64,000 nt of DNA from Rhodoferax sp. (GTDB lineage Bacteria; Pseudomonadota; Gammaproteobacteria; Burkholderiales; Burkholderiaceae_C). Position 1 is the stretch's first letter. Every line of letters starts with the position of its first letter. The stretch covers positions 7,850 through 71,849 of the forward strand of contig JAXHOO010000033.1 of the NCBI GenBank assembly GCA_034519365.1. The letters run 5' to 3'. This document shows, piece by piece, positions 52,097 to 61,081 of the stretch. Below the pieces are notes generated by a model. That model was not told the DNA's origin. It saw only the letters and a program-made list of their open reading frames with translations, and did no database searches. The position numbers were made by a program, and so were the translations under genes.

Positions 52097-53863
52097 ATGA
52101 GCAAAGTCATTGTTTTCGCCACCCCGGTTTTTCTACTGCTGATTGCGCTGGAATTTTTCTGGAGCCGCCGTGCCAGCGCCCGTGTCGCTGGCGACAAAGC
52201 CTATCGCCTGAACGACGCTATCAACAGTATCAGCCTGGGCATCCTCAGCCAGGTCAGTGGCGTGTTGACCAAGGCCCTGAGTGTGGGCATCTACACCCTG
52301 GTGTTTGGCGCCGTGGCGATTTACCCCGATTTGGAGTTCTGGAAAACCTGGTACGGCGTGTTGCTGGCACTGGTGTTTTACGACCTGTGCTACTACTGGC
52401 TGCACCGCGCTGGCCATGTGGTGGCGCTGTTTTGGGCGGCCCATGTGGTGCACCACCAGAGCCAGCACTACAACCTGTCCACCGCGCTGCGCCAAACCAG
52501 CAGCGGTGCCCTCTTCGGCTGGGTCTTTTACCTGCCCATGGCGATTGCCGGTGTGCCGCCGCTGATTTTCGGCATCGTGGCCCTCATTGACCTGCTCTAC
52601 CAGTTTTGGGTACACACCGAGCAAGTCGGCAAGCTGGGCTGGTTTGACCGCGTGTTCTGCTCGCCCAGCAACCACCGCGTGCACCACGCGGTCAACGACC
52701 CGTACATCGACAAGAACTACGGCGGCATCTTGGTGCTGTGGGACCGCTGGTTTGGCACCTTCCGGGAAGAACAGGAACCCTGCGTCTACGGCACCCGCGG
52801 TGCCCTCAACAGTTGGGACCCGCTGTGGGCCAATGTAGACGTCTACTGGTCGCTCATCAAGAATTCTTGGCGCACCGAAAAGTGGAGCGACAAACTGCGC
52901 GTGTGGTTCAAGCCGCCAGGCTGGCAGTCGGCCGACCTGGCCCGCAACCACCCCTACCCCACATTCCGCCTGGCCGACGTCACCACCTACAACCCACCCC
53001 TGAGCGGCGCGCAGCAAGGCTTTGCCGTGCTGCAATTTGTCGCCGCCATCGCCGCCGTGTCGGTCTTCCTCTGGCATGCGGATGCCATGCCCTGGGGCGA
53101 AGCCGCCATCTGGTGCACGGCACTCACCGCCAGCATGTGGGGTCTGGGCCCGTTCATGCAGGGCCGCCTGCACTGGCTAGAGATCTTGCTGCTGCAAAGC
53201 GCTGCTGCGGCCACCGTCAGTGCCCTTGGCATGCTGGGGTGGTTCTATGTGCTCAAGCCCATGCCCATGACCATTGCTATGATTTTCATAGCTTTTCGCG
53301 CAATATCCACGGGCGGAATTGGCAAATTGGATGTGCTTTTGCTGTGCGCCGCCATGTTTTCGCTGGGCGGGGATGTTTTCCTTATGCTGCCCGGCGAAGT
53401 GCCCATTGGCGGGCTGCCACCCTTTATTCTCGGGTTGGGCTCGTTTCTGGTGGCGCATGTGTTCTACATCGCGCTGTTCAAGCATGGGCAGGCCTGGTTC
53501 CCCAGCAAGCGCGCACTGGCCGTGGTGCTGAGCTTTGGCGCAGTGATGTACGCGGTGCTGTGGAGCAGCCTGGGCGACCCGGTACTCAAGGGCGCGGTGG
53601 CCGCCTATGTGACGGTGATCTCGCTGATGGCGGCGCAGGCCATTGGCCGCGCGACGGTGCTGGGCGATTCTGCGTCGCGTTGGGTGGCGGTTGGCGCCTG
53701 TGTGTTCATGGCCAGCGACACCATGATCGCGATCAACAAGTTCCTGACACCGGTACCACTGTCAGGGCTGTGGATATTGCTGACCTACTTTGCGGCGCAA
53801 ATGCTGATCGTGCATTTCATGCAAATGCCACGCGACACCGCGCGCGGCAGCCAACAACAATGA
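52097..53863 (+). CDS. Fatty-acid hydroxylase/sterol desaturase (AGMO-like) fused to a YhhN lysoplasmalogenase domain
   Basis: His boxes HRAGH, HVVHH, HTE and HRVHH, followed by YhhN motifs SLGGDVFL, GLGSFLVAHVFY, SDTMIA and TYFAAQ. Confidence 0.85.
   Translation: MSKVIVFATPVFLLLIALEFFWSRRASARVAGDKAYRLNDAINSISLGILSQVSGVLTKALSVGIYTLVFGAVAIYPDLEFWKTWYGVLLALVFYDLCYYWLHRAGHVVALFWAAHVVHHQSQHYNLSTALRQTSSGALFGWVFYLPMAIAGVPPLIFGIVALIDLLYQFWVHTEQVGKLGWFDRVFCSPSNHRVHHAVNDPYIDKNYGGILVLWDRWFGTFREEQEPCVYGTRGALNSWDPLWANVDVYWSLIKNSWRTEKWSDKLRVWFKPPGWQSADLARNHPYPTFRLADVTTYNPPLSGAQQGFAVLQFVAAIAAVSVFLWHADAMPWGEAAIWCTALTASMWGLGPFMQGRLHWLEILLLQSAAAATVSALGMLGWFYVLKPMPMTIAMIFIAFRAISTGGIGKLDVLLLCAAMFSLGGDVFLMLPGEVPIGGLPPFILGLGSFLVAHVFYIALFKHGQAWFPSKRALAVVLSFGAVMYAVLWSSLGDPVLKGAVAAYVTVISLMAAQAIGRATVLGDSASRWVAVGACVFMASDTMIAINKFLTPVPLSGLWILLTYFAAQMLIVHFMQMPRDTARGSQQQ
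53275..53335 (+). repeat. Dispersed element in-frame in the desaturase-YhhN fusion
   Basis: TGCTATGATTTTCATAGCTTTTCGCGCAATATCCACGGGCGG encodes AMIFIAFRAISTGG. Confidence 0.82.
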
Positions 53864-55452
53864 CCACATCCAAGACTTCCAGACGCCACTGGATGCAGTT
53901 GGCGCTGGCACAAGCCACCGGCCTGCTGGCACCCACAAGGCTGGCAAATGCCGAGCCCGTATTCGATGCGAATCCGTTCAAGTTGGGCATTGCCAGTGGG
54001 CACCCTACGCACAACTCGGTGGTGTTATGGACGCGCCTGATCGCCCACAACCCGATGCGCAATCCGTGGGGCGATGTTGCTGTGGCCGTTCGCTGGGAGT
54101 TGGCGCTCACGCCTGAGTTCACAAGCCTGCTGGCGCAGGGAGAAACGCTGGCGCCGCCAGAGCTTGCACACAGCGTGCATGTCGAAGTGCAAGGTCTTCC
54201 CAGCGGCGCCATGCTGTACTACCGCTTCACGGCCGGTCGTTATGTCAGCACCGTGGGACGCACCCGCACCATGCCTGCCCCCGATGCCATGCCAGAGCGG
54301 CTACGTTTTGCGCTGGCCAGCTGTCAGCGCTTTCACTCCGGCCCATTCGCACCCTACCGACACATGCTCGCAGACGCCCCCGACCTGGTGGTGTTCCTGG
54401 GAGATTTCATCTACGACAGTGCGGGCCACGCCGTCGAGTCGCGTGGCCCGACCATGGGCCCCGCCTCCAAGCTGTCGGACTATCGCCTACGCTACGAACT
54501 CGCCCATTCGGATGGTGCACTTTTGGACGTGCGCGCGCAATGCCCTTGGCTAATACTGTGGGACGATCACGAGGTGACCAACGACTATGCCGGTGGCCCC
54601 GTGCGCGCGGGTACGGAAACAGGACAACTGGCACGTCAAATGGCTGCAGCCTACCAAGCCTGGTACGAGCACCAACCCGTGTCGCCGCGCGCGCTGCAAG
54701 GTGGCATGCCGGGGCTGATCCAAGGCAACGCCGAACTGCGCATCTATGGCACCCACGCCTGGGGCCGATTGCTGCATTGGCACTTGTTGGACACGCGCCA
54801 ATACCGTTCATCACCAGGGAAATGCGGCACCGCAGGACTGTTTGACCCCAAGGACTGCGATACCTTGCGCGACCCCCAACGTACCATGCTGGGGCAGGCC
54901 CAAGAAACATGGCTGCTGGGGCAGCTCGAAAAGGCGGGTACGGGCAAGGACACGGGGGCCCAGTGGAATGCTATTTGCCAGTCTATGGTGTTCTCGCAAT
55001 TCCTCATTCCCGTGATGGGTGGGCGTGCCAACCAGGACACTTGGGACGGCTATCCGCTGAGCCGCGACCGCATCCTGACAGCCATTCAACGGGGACGTAC
55101 TTCCAACCCGGTCATGTTTGGTGGCGACATCCACCAAAACTGGGTGGCCCGCATCCATGCGGACCCGGCGAACCCCACTGGCCCCGTCGTCATGCCGGAG
55201 TTTGTCAGCACCAGCATCACCACGCCATCGTTTTCATCCCTCACGGCCAACCAATTTCAAGCCCTCGCACCGCACTGCATCTACACCGACCGCCACTTGC
55301 GCGGATATAGCCTGGTGGAGGTAACGCCCCAGCGCATGCAGGTGGACTTTCGAGTGATTGACTCCATTCACAAAGCCGACAGCCAAGTCAGTACCATCGC
55401 ACGCTTCGAGGTACAGGCAGACCAAGTAGATGTGCGCCAAATGCCCTTGTAG
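53860..55452 (+). CDS. phoD: PhoD family alkaline phosphatase (Tat-exported)
   Basis: SRRHW Tat-like signal, GIASG, LGDFIY, WDDHE, DTRQYR, WDGY and GDIH motifs. Confidence 0.9.
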   Translation: MTTSKTSRRHWMQLALAQATGLLAPTRLANAEPVFDANPFKLGIASGHPTHNSVVLWTRLIAHNPMRNPWGDVAVAVRWELALTPEFTSLLAQGETLAPPELAHSVHVEVQGLPSGAMLYYRFTAGRYVSTVGRTRTMPAPDAMPERLRFALASCQRFHSGPFAPYRHMLADAPDLVVFLGDFIYDSAGHAVESRGPTMGPASKLSDYRLRYELAHSDGALLDVRAQCPWLILWDDHEVTNDYAGGPVRAGTETGQLARQMAAAYQAWYEHQPVSPRALQGGMPGLIQGNAELRIYGTHAWGRLLHWHLLDTRQYRSSPGKCGTAGLFDPKDCDTLRDPQRTMLGQAQETWLLGQLEKAGTGKDTGAQWNAICQSMVFSQFLIPVMGGRANQDTWDGYPLSRDRILTAIQRGRTSNPVMFGGDIHQNWVARIHADPANPTGPVVMPEFVSTSITTPSFSSLTANQFQALAPHCIYTDRHLRGYSLVEVTPQRMQVDFRVIDSIHKADSQVSTIARFEVQADQVDVRQMPL

Positions 55453-55483
55453 TGCCTCGCAAATCCCGCTGCCTACACCGGGG

Positions 55484-56557
55484 CTAATCCCCCAGCGAAT
55501 CGCCCGCTGAGCCAGCCGGCGCCACCACCCCCAGATGCCGGTAGGCCGCCAGCGTGGCAATCCGCCCGCGCGGCGTGCGCTGCAGATAGCCTTGCTGAAT
55601 CAGATACGGCTCGATCACATCTTCAATCGTTTCGCGCTCTTCACCAATGCTCGCCGCAATGTTGTCCAGCCCGACGGGGCCACCGTCAAAGCGGTGGATC
55701 ACCGCCTCCAGCAGCTTGCGGTCCATCAGGTCCAGTCCTTGCGGGTCCACATCCAGCATGGCCAGCGCACGGTTGGCTATGTCCAGCGTGATGGTGCCGT
55801 TGCCCTTGACCTCCGCAAAGTCGCGCACACGGCGTAGCAGGCGGTTGGCAATACGCGGCGTGCCGCGCGAGCGGCGGGCAATCTCGAAACCACCGTCTTC
55901 GTCCATGGGCACTCCCAGCAGTCCAGCGCTGCGCTTGACGATGCGGGCCAGTTCTTCGTTGGTATAAAACTCCAGCCGCGCCACGATGCCAAAGCGGTCG
56001 CGCAGCGGGTTGGTCAGCATGCCCGCGCGCGTGGTGGCACCCACCAGCGTAAAGGGCTGCAGGTCGAGTTTGATACTGCGCGCTGCAGGACCTTCGCCAA
56101 TCATGATGTCGATCTTGTAGTCTTCCAGCGCGGGGTACAAAATTTCCTCGACAACCGGGGAGAGTCGGTGAATTTCGTCGATGAAAAGAACGTCGTTTTT
56201 CTCCAAGTTGGTCAGCAGCGCCGCCAGGTCTTTGGGTTTTTCCAGCACCGGACCGCTAGTCTGGCGTAGGTTGACGCCCAGCTCGTGGGCAATGATGTGG
56301 GAGAGCGTAGTTTTCCCCAGACCGGGTGGGCCAAAGAGCAGCACATGGTCTAACGCCTCGTCCCGCTTTTTAGCGGCGCCGATGAAAATTTCCAGCTGCT
56401 CACGCACCTTGGCCTGGCCCACATAGTCGTCTAGCAGCTTGGGGCGCAGCGCGCGCTCCAGCGCCTCCTCGCTGCTAGAGGTCGGCGCGGGAGACACCAT
56501 GCGACCGATGCCAGCGGGGCCAGGAGGAAGGGAAAAATCGTCGGTCTGGATGCTCAC
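55484..56557 (-). CDS. ruvB: Holliday junction helicase RuvB
   Basis: [23 protein letters not shown] and [14 protein letters not shown] motifs. Confidence 0.97.
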   Translation of the reverse strand: MSIQTDDFSLPPGPAGIGRMVSPAPTSSSEEALERALRPKLLDDYVGQAKVREQLEIFIGAAKKRDEALDHVLLFGPPGLGKTTLSHIIAHELGVNLRQTSGPVLEKPKDLAALLTNLEKNDVLFIDEIHRLSPVVEEILYPALEDYKIDIMIGEGPAARSIKLDLQPFTLVGATTRAGMLTNPLRDRFGIVARLEFYTNEELARIVKRSAGLLGVPMDEDGGFEIARRSRGTPRIANRLLRRVRDFAEVKGNGTITLDIANRALAMLDVDPQGLDLMDRKLLEAVIHRFDGGPVGLDNIAASIGEERETIEDVIEPYLIQQGYLQRTPRGRIATLAAYRHLGVVAPAGSAGDSLGD

Positions 56558-56708
56558 ACAAAGGGCCTATGGGTTACGAAATGGGCAGAACGCGGGGCGG
56601 GCTGCCACTATAGCGCGCTGGGCCGTCGGCTCAAGAAGGGGCGCGGTATGCCGATAAGCTAGGCAAGCCCTCCGTCCCGACCGCGCTCGTCTGAAAGGCC
56701 ACGCCCCC

Positions 56709-57731
56709 ATGCCACTTCGCCGCCCCTACCCCTTGCACCCGCGCCCAGGGCTTGGTACTGCCCTGGCTTGCGCGCTGGCGCTGTGGGCGAGTCTGGCCCA
56801 AGCAAACGACGCAGCACCAGCTCCCAAAAGCGCACCCAAGAAGCCCGTTGCAGACATCACTGCAACCCCATCCTCCAACGCCAAGGACATTGGCAACCAG
56901 TTGCGGGAGGCCTTGGGCGTCCCGGTCACCCCAAAGAAAAATCTCACGATTGTGGTAAGCGGCAAGGCCACCACGGGCCGAGGTGCGCCCGCATCGGCCC
57001 AGAGCAAAAACGCACGCGCAGCCGCCGCTGCGGTCGGCCACAACGAAGACGTGCATTGGACCTACGAAGGCGAAAAGGGGCCGCAAGCCTGGGGCAAGTT
57101 GAAACCTGACTTCAATCTCTGCGCGCTGGGCAAACGCCAGTCCCCGATCAACATTGAAGAAGACCGCACGCTGCAAGGCCCCGCCGAACCGCTGCTGTTC
57201 AACTATGCACCCAGCATCGGCACTGTGGTCAACAACGGCCACACCATCCAGGTCGACGTTCAGGGCGACAACAGCATCACCGTGCGCGGCGGGCGCTACA
57301 GGCTGGTGCAGTTCCATTTTCACGCACCTGCGGAAGAACAGATCAACGGCAAGCGCACCGCCATGGTGGCGCATCTGGTTCATCGGAACGACGATGGCCA
57401 GTTGGCGGTGGTCGCGGTGTTGCTGGAGCCCGGCAACGTCAACCCGTTCATCGACAAAGTCTGGACGTACATGCCACTGGAGATCAACGACCGGGTGCGC
57501 ATGCCGTCAGGCATGCTCAACCTCAATGAGCTGCTGCCTGCTGACCAGCGCTACTACCAGTTCATGGGCTCGCTCACCACGCCGCCTTGCAGCGAAGGCG
57601 TGTTGTGGATGGTGCTGAAATCCCCCATGCCAATCAGCCCAGCACAACTCAAGCTGTTTACCCAGCTCTACCCTATGAATGCCCGCCCGGTGCAAGCGGT
57701 CAACGGACGTCCGGTGCGCGAGGCGCAGTAA
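56709..57731 (+). CDS. Alpha carbonic anhydrase with exported N-terminal extension
   Basis: HWTYEG, QSPINI, NNGHT, QFHFH, HLVH and GSLTTPPCSEGV motifs. Confidence 0.92.
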   Translation: MPLRRPYPLHPRPGLGTALACALALWASLAQANDAAPAPKSAPKKPVADITATPSSNAKDIGNQLREALGVPVTPKKNLTIVVSGKATTGRGAPASAQSKNARAAAAAVGHNEDVHWTYEGEKGPQAWGKLKPDFNLCALGKRQSPINIEEDRTLQGPAEPLLFNYAPSIGTVVNNGHTIQVDVQGDNSITVRGGRYRLVQFHFHAPAEEQINGKRTAMVAHLVHRNDDGQLAVVAVLLEPGNVNPFIDKVWTYMPLEINDRVRMPSGMLNLNELLPADQRYYQFMGSLTTPPCSEGVLWMVLKSPMPISPAQLKLFTQLYPMNARPVQAVNGRPVREAQ

Positions 57732-57732
57732 T

Positions 57733-57797
57733 TGCTATTGTTTTAGTAGCTGCTTACGCAGTCTGAACAGGGGCTAGAGGCCAAAAACACTATAAAT
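57733..57797 (+). repeat. Dispersed element at the core/island boundary
   Basis: TGCTATTGTTTTAGTAGCTGCTTACGCAGTCTGAACAGGGGCTAGAGGCC. Confidence 0.88.
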
Positions 57798-57838
57798 ATT
57801 GAGGGATGCGGTTTTGCCCTCGGACACATGCAGTCACG

Positions 57839-58063
57839 CTACAAAATCTGTCGATAACCATCTTCAGCGACCTCTTCGCTTACAACCCCTGCAGCCACCA
57901 TGGCCGCCATCAATCGGAGCGCCTCTGAATGTCCCAATTTCAGACGCCGCTGTATGAGCGCCACACTGCCGAGTTGGTACTTACGCACGATGAAAACAGC
58001 CTGTCGGTATAAGTCTTGGGCATCTGCTGAACTGGATTCAGGGACAGCTACGAATTTGGACAT
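57839..58063 (-). CDS. Stand-alone FtsK gamma-like winged-helix protein (74 aa)
   Basis: DLYRQAVFIV...SVALIQRRLKLGHSEALRLMAAMVAAGVVS...GYRQIL resembles the FtsK C-terminal gamma domain; RBS AGGAG. Confidence 0.75.
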   Translation of the reverse strand: MSKFVAVPESSSADAQDLYRQAVFIVRKYQLGSVALIQRRLKLGHSEALRLMAAMVAAGVVSEEVAEDGYRQIL

Positions 58064-58103
58064 ACCCGACTCCTGAAGTGGAAAAGCGAAGCATCCACAC
58101 TCC

Positions 58104-58122
58104 TGCGGCACAATGTGTCGCA
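58104..58122. promoter_or_regulatory. Inverted repeat, candidate WYL-regulator operator
   Basis: TGCGGCACA-A-TGTGTCGCA in the divergent intergenic region upstream of the nuclease-WYL operon. Confidence 0.5.
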
Positions 58123-58182
58123 TCAATGAACAAACTCGATGCATCTATGAAATGCACGGCGTGTTGATAGCAAGGGAGGGAG

Positions 58183-59685
58183 ATGCGAACATTCTCAAAA
58201 TCAAAGCTAATGGCCTTGCGCCAGTGTTCGAAAAGGCTGTGGCTCGAAATCCATCGTCCTGAATTGCGGGCCGACTCATCGGGCGCTGAGACTCGCTTCC
58301 AGGTTGGCTACGAGGCTGGAGAAGTCGCACGCCAGCTCTACGACCCAAGCGGTCAAGGTGCGCTGATTGACATTGATGCGGATGGTTTCAATCAAGCCTT
58401 TGTGCGCAGCGCGTCCCTGCTGCAGACCTCTCAACCCATTTTCGAAGCTGCTTTCTCTGCTGGTGGCGCACTGGCTTTTGCCGATGTCATGTTTCCGGAG
58501 CCGGGCACTACACCGCTCCGCTGGCGGATGGTGGAGGTCAAGTCTTCCACTAGGGTCAAGGACTACCACCGAGATGATGTTGCAGTACAGAGCTATGTTG
58601 CCCTGGCTGCTGGTATTCCGGTCTCCTCCATTGCCGTGGCATGCATTGACAGCTCCTGGGTTTATCCGGGCGGGGGCAATTACGTTGGCCTGCTGCAGGA
58701 ACACGACCTGACCGCTGAGGCGAAATCACGCCAGGAGGAAGTCCAAACTTGGATCGCCCAAGCACAGGAAATTGCTGCACAGGACCAAGAGCCGCCTATT
58801 TCCATCGGCACGCACTGTGACGAGCCTTTTGAGTGCGGCTTCTACACCTACTGCAGTCGTAACGAATCTCAACCGGAATATCCAGTTTTCTGGCTACCGC
58901 ACATCTCGGGCAAGCTGATTCGGGAGCTTGCAGAAGAAGGTGTGAACGACATGCGCAATGTGCCCAATGCACTGCTCAATGAGCGACAACTGCGGGTGAA
59001 GCACCACACCCTGGCTGGTACGGTGTATTTCGACGCAACTGGCGCTGCACAAGACTTGTCGGAATTCCCATTGCCCGTGCAGTTTCTGGACTTTGAGACG
59101 ATTCAGTTTGCCGTTCCCATCTGGGCCGGCACGCGGCCTTACCAGCAAATCCCCTTTCAATACAGTCTGCACACCCTCACCGAAAGCGGTGAGTTGCAGC
59201 ACTACGAATTCTTGGGACTGGACGGTGGCGATCCTTCATTGAAATTAGCTCTAGCCCTCATTGCGGGATGTGGCACGCACCCTTGGCCCATTTTTGCGTA
59301 CAACGCGGGTTTTGAGAAAAGCCGCATCCGAGAACTGGCGGAACGGTTCCCAGAACATGCCGCGGCGCTACATGCCATCAATGCGCGCATCGTGGATTTG
59401 CTGCCCATTGCCCGCACGCGCTACTACAACCCCAACCAGCACGGCAGTTGGAGCATCAAAGCCGTGCTGCCAGCCGCCGTACCCGATTTACGCTACAGCG
59501 ATCTTGAGGGCGTGCAAGACGGTGGCATGGCGATGGAAGCCTTTCTGGAAGCCCTGCACCCAGAGACAACTCCGGAGCTCAAGCAAACCCTTCAACAACA
59601 ACTGCTGGCCTATTGCAAGCTGGACACCTATGCCATGGTCAGACTCTGGCAAGTGTTTGCGGGCCGCACTGATCTGGACTTATAA
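58183..59685 (+). CDS. DUF2779-like protein: Cas4/AddB-like PD-(D/E)xK nuclease plus DEDD/RNase H-like exonuclease domain
   Basis: SKSK...QCSKRLWL, ADV...EVKSS and HCDEPFECGFYTYC, then FLDFET, YNAGFE and YCKLD. Confidence 0.8.
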   Translation: MRTFSKSKLMALRQCSKRLWLEIHRPELRADSSGAETRFQVGYEAGEVARQLYDPSGQGALIDIDADGFNQAFVRSASLLQTSQPIFEAAFSAGGALAFADVMFPEPGTTPLRWRMVEVKSSTRVKDYHRDDVAVQSYVALAAGIPVSSIAVACIDSSWVYPGGGNYVGLLQEHDLTAEAKSRQEEVQTWIAQAQEIAAQDQEPPISIGTHCDEPFECGFYTYCSRNESQPEYPVFWLPHISGKLIRELAEEGVNDMRNVPNALLNERQLRVKHHTLAGTVYFDATGAAQDLSEFPLPVQFLDFETIQFAVPIWAGTRPYQQIPFQYSLHTLTESGELQHYEFLGLDGGDPSLKLALALIAGCGTHPWPIFAYNAGFEKSRIRELAERFPEHAAALHAINARIVDLLPIARTRYYNPNQHGSWSIKAVLPAAVPDLRYSDLEGVQDGGMAMEAFLEALHPETTPELKQTLQQQLLAYCKLDTYAMVRLWQVFAGRTDLDL

Positions 59686-59689
59686 ACCC

Positions 59690-60652
59690 ATGCCCAAACG
59701 TCCCGATGGCCTCGAATCTTTGCAAATGGCGTTGGAAATGGTTCGCCGTATTCCCAAAGGCCGTTCCGTCACTGCCGCCGAGTTGCAGCAGCAACTGGCG
59801 GACGCAGGGTTCGAACGCGACATGCGCACTATCCAGCGGCAGCTTGAGACACTTTCCGAGTACTTTGACTTGGAGCGCAATGACACAAGCAAGCCCTATC
59901 GCTACAGTTGGAAGGAACGCGCCAAGGGGTTGAGCCTGCCCGGTTTGAGCGCGCAGGAAAGTCTTTTGCTTACCCTGGCAGAGCAGCAGCTGCGCAAACT
60001 GCTACCGGCTAGATTGCTCAATTCCATGCAGGGGTTCTTTACCCAAGCACGTGAACAATTGAATGACCCCAAAGGTTCGGCGAGAGAAAAAGCATGGATT
60101 GATAAGGTGCGCGTTGTCAGCACCAGCCAGCCGCTGCTTCCGCCCAAGGTTGATGCGAAAGTTTTTGAAGAAGTCAGCAATGCGCTGTATGCGGACGTGT
60201 GGCTGGATGTGGGGTACACCAACGCGGCAGGCAAAGCTGCCAATCACCGTGTCATGCCTTTGGGCCTCGCCCAACAAGGACCACGGATGTACTTGATCTG
60301 CCGCTTTGAAGACTATGACAATGAACGCAGTCTGGCTTTGCATAGGATGCAATCTGCCCAAGCGACCACGTTCACTTTCGAGCGTCCACCTGAATTTAAC
60401 CTGGAGCAATACGACAACGATGGGCGTTTTGGCTTTGGCAATGGCGAGCGCATCCAGCTCAATTTCAGAATAGACAAAGACTTCGGCTTTCATCTGCTGG
60501 AGTCGCCGTTATCCGAAGATCAACAGGTGAAAGAGCTTGATGACGAGTACGACATCACTGCCACGGTGGTGGATTCAGCAATGCTGGATTGGTGGCTGCG
60601 GGGGTTTGGAGACGCGATAAGTTTCGTAGGCAAGAAAAGGGAGAACGCATGA
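59690..60652 (+). CDS. WYL domain transcriptional regulator (wHTH-WYL-WCX)
   Basis: wHTH (MRTIQRQLETL), PLGLAQQGPRMYLIC, LALHRM and WWLRGFG; starts 4 nt after the upstream stop. Confidence 0.88.
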   Translation: MPKRPDGLESLQMALEMVRRIPKGRSVTAAELQQQLADAGFERDMRTIQRQLETLSEYFDLERNDTSKPYRYSWKERAKGLSLPGLSAQESLLLTLAEQQLRKLLPARLLNSMQGFFTQAREQLNDPKGSAREKAWIDKVRVVSTSQPLLPPKVDAKVFEEVSNALYADVWLDVGYTNAAGKAANHRVMPLGLAQQGPRMYLICRFEDYDNERSLALHRMQSAQATTFTFERPPEFNLEQYDNDGRFGFGNGERIQLNFRIDKDFGFHLLESPLSEDQQVKELDDEYDITATVVDSAMLDWWLRGFGDAISFVGKKRENA

Positions 60653-60739
60653 ACTGTGTCGCGATAGACAGCCAATCCCTCTCATAACCCCGAGCAACGT
60701 CACAACAGACAAATTTTTAACAAAAGGGAGGGGTTCAAC

Positions 60740-61081
60740 ATGTCAAATAGCATTCGCCTGCCCAAGGACTGGGTATGCACAAGTACCGAGCTCAAGCCGA
60801 AAAGTTCAGCCACATCACAAAATACGTGGCTACTTTCCGGAAATGAAATCAAACCAAAGAGTGGGGCTTCGTCGAGTAACACTTGGCTCTGGGACGGCAA
60901 GGAGCTCAAACCGAAAAGTGGAGCCGCTTCAAGCAACACATGGGTTATTGACGGACGAAAAGCGAAGCCAAAAATAGGGGCCACATCAGCGAATAGCTAC
61001 GACCTCGACGGACATCCCATTCTTGTGATTGCGGGGCAGCTCGTCTTGCGGCTGTTGGTGAAGGCGAGGAAAAATTCATGA
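60740..61081 (+). CDS. Hypothetical protein with 4-5 tandem 19-aa repeats
   Basis: Repeat WxxxGxE(L/I)KPKSGAxSxNT; RBS GGAGG. Confidence 0.75.
   Translation: MSNSIRLPKDWVCTSTELKPKSSATSQNTWLLSGNEIKPKSGASSSNTWLWDGKELKPKSGAASSNTWVIDGRKAKPKIGATSANSYDLDGHPILVIAGQLVLRLLVKARKNS

Noticed and set aside
52738-55452. 904-aa ORF suggesting a PhoD fusion
   Set aside because: The upstream part is an alternative frame of the desaturase gene; PhoD starts at 53860 with a Tat-like signal.
10720-57797. Dispersed element as CRISPR repeats or integron attC sites
   Set aside because: The copies are kilobases apart, degenerate and partly intragenic. There is no array, no cas or intI gene, and no RYYYAAC/GTTRRRY ends.
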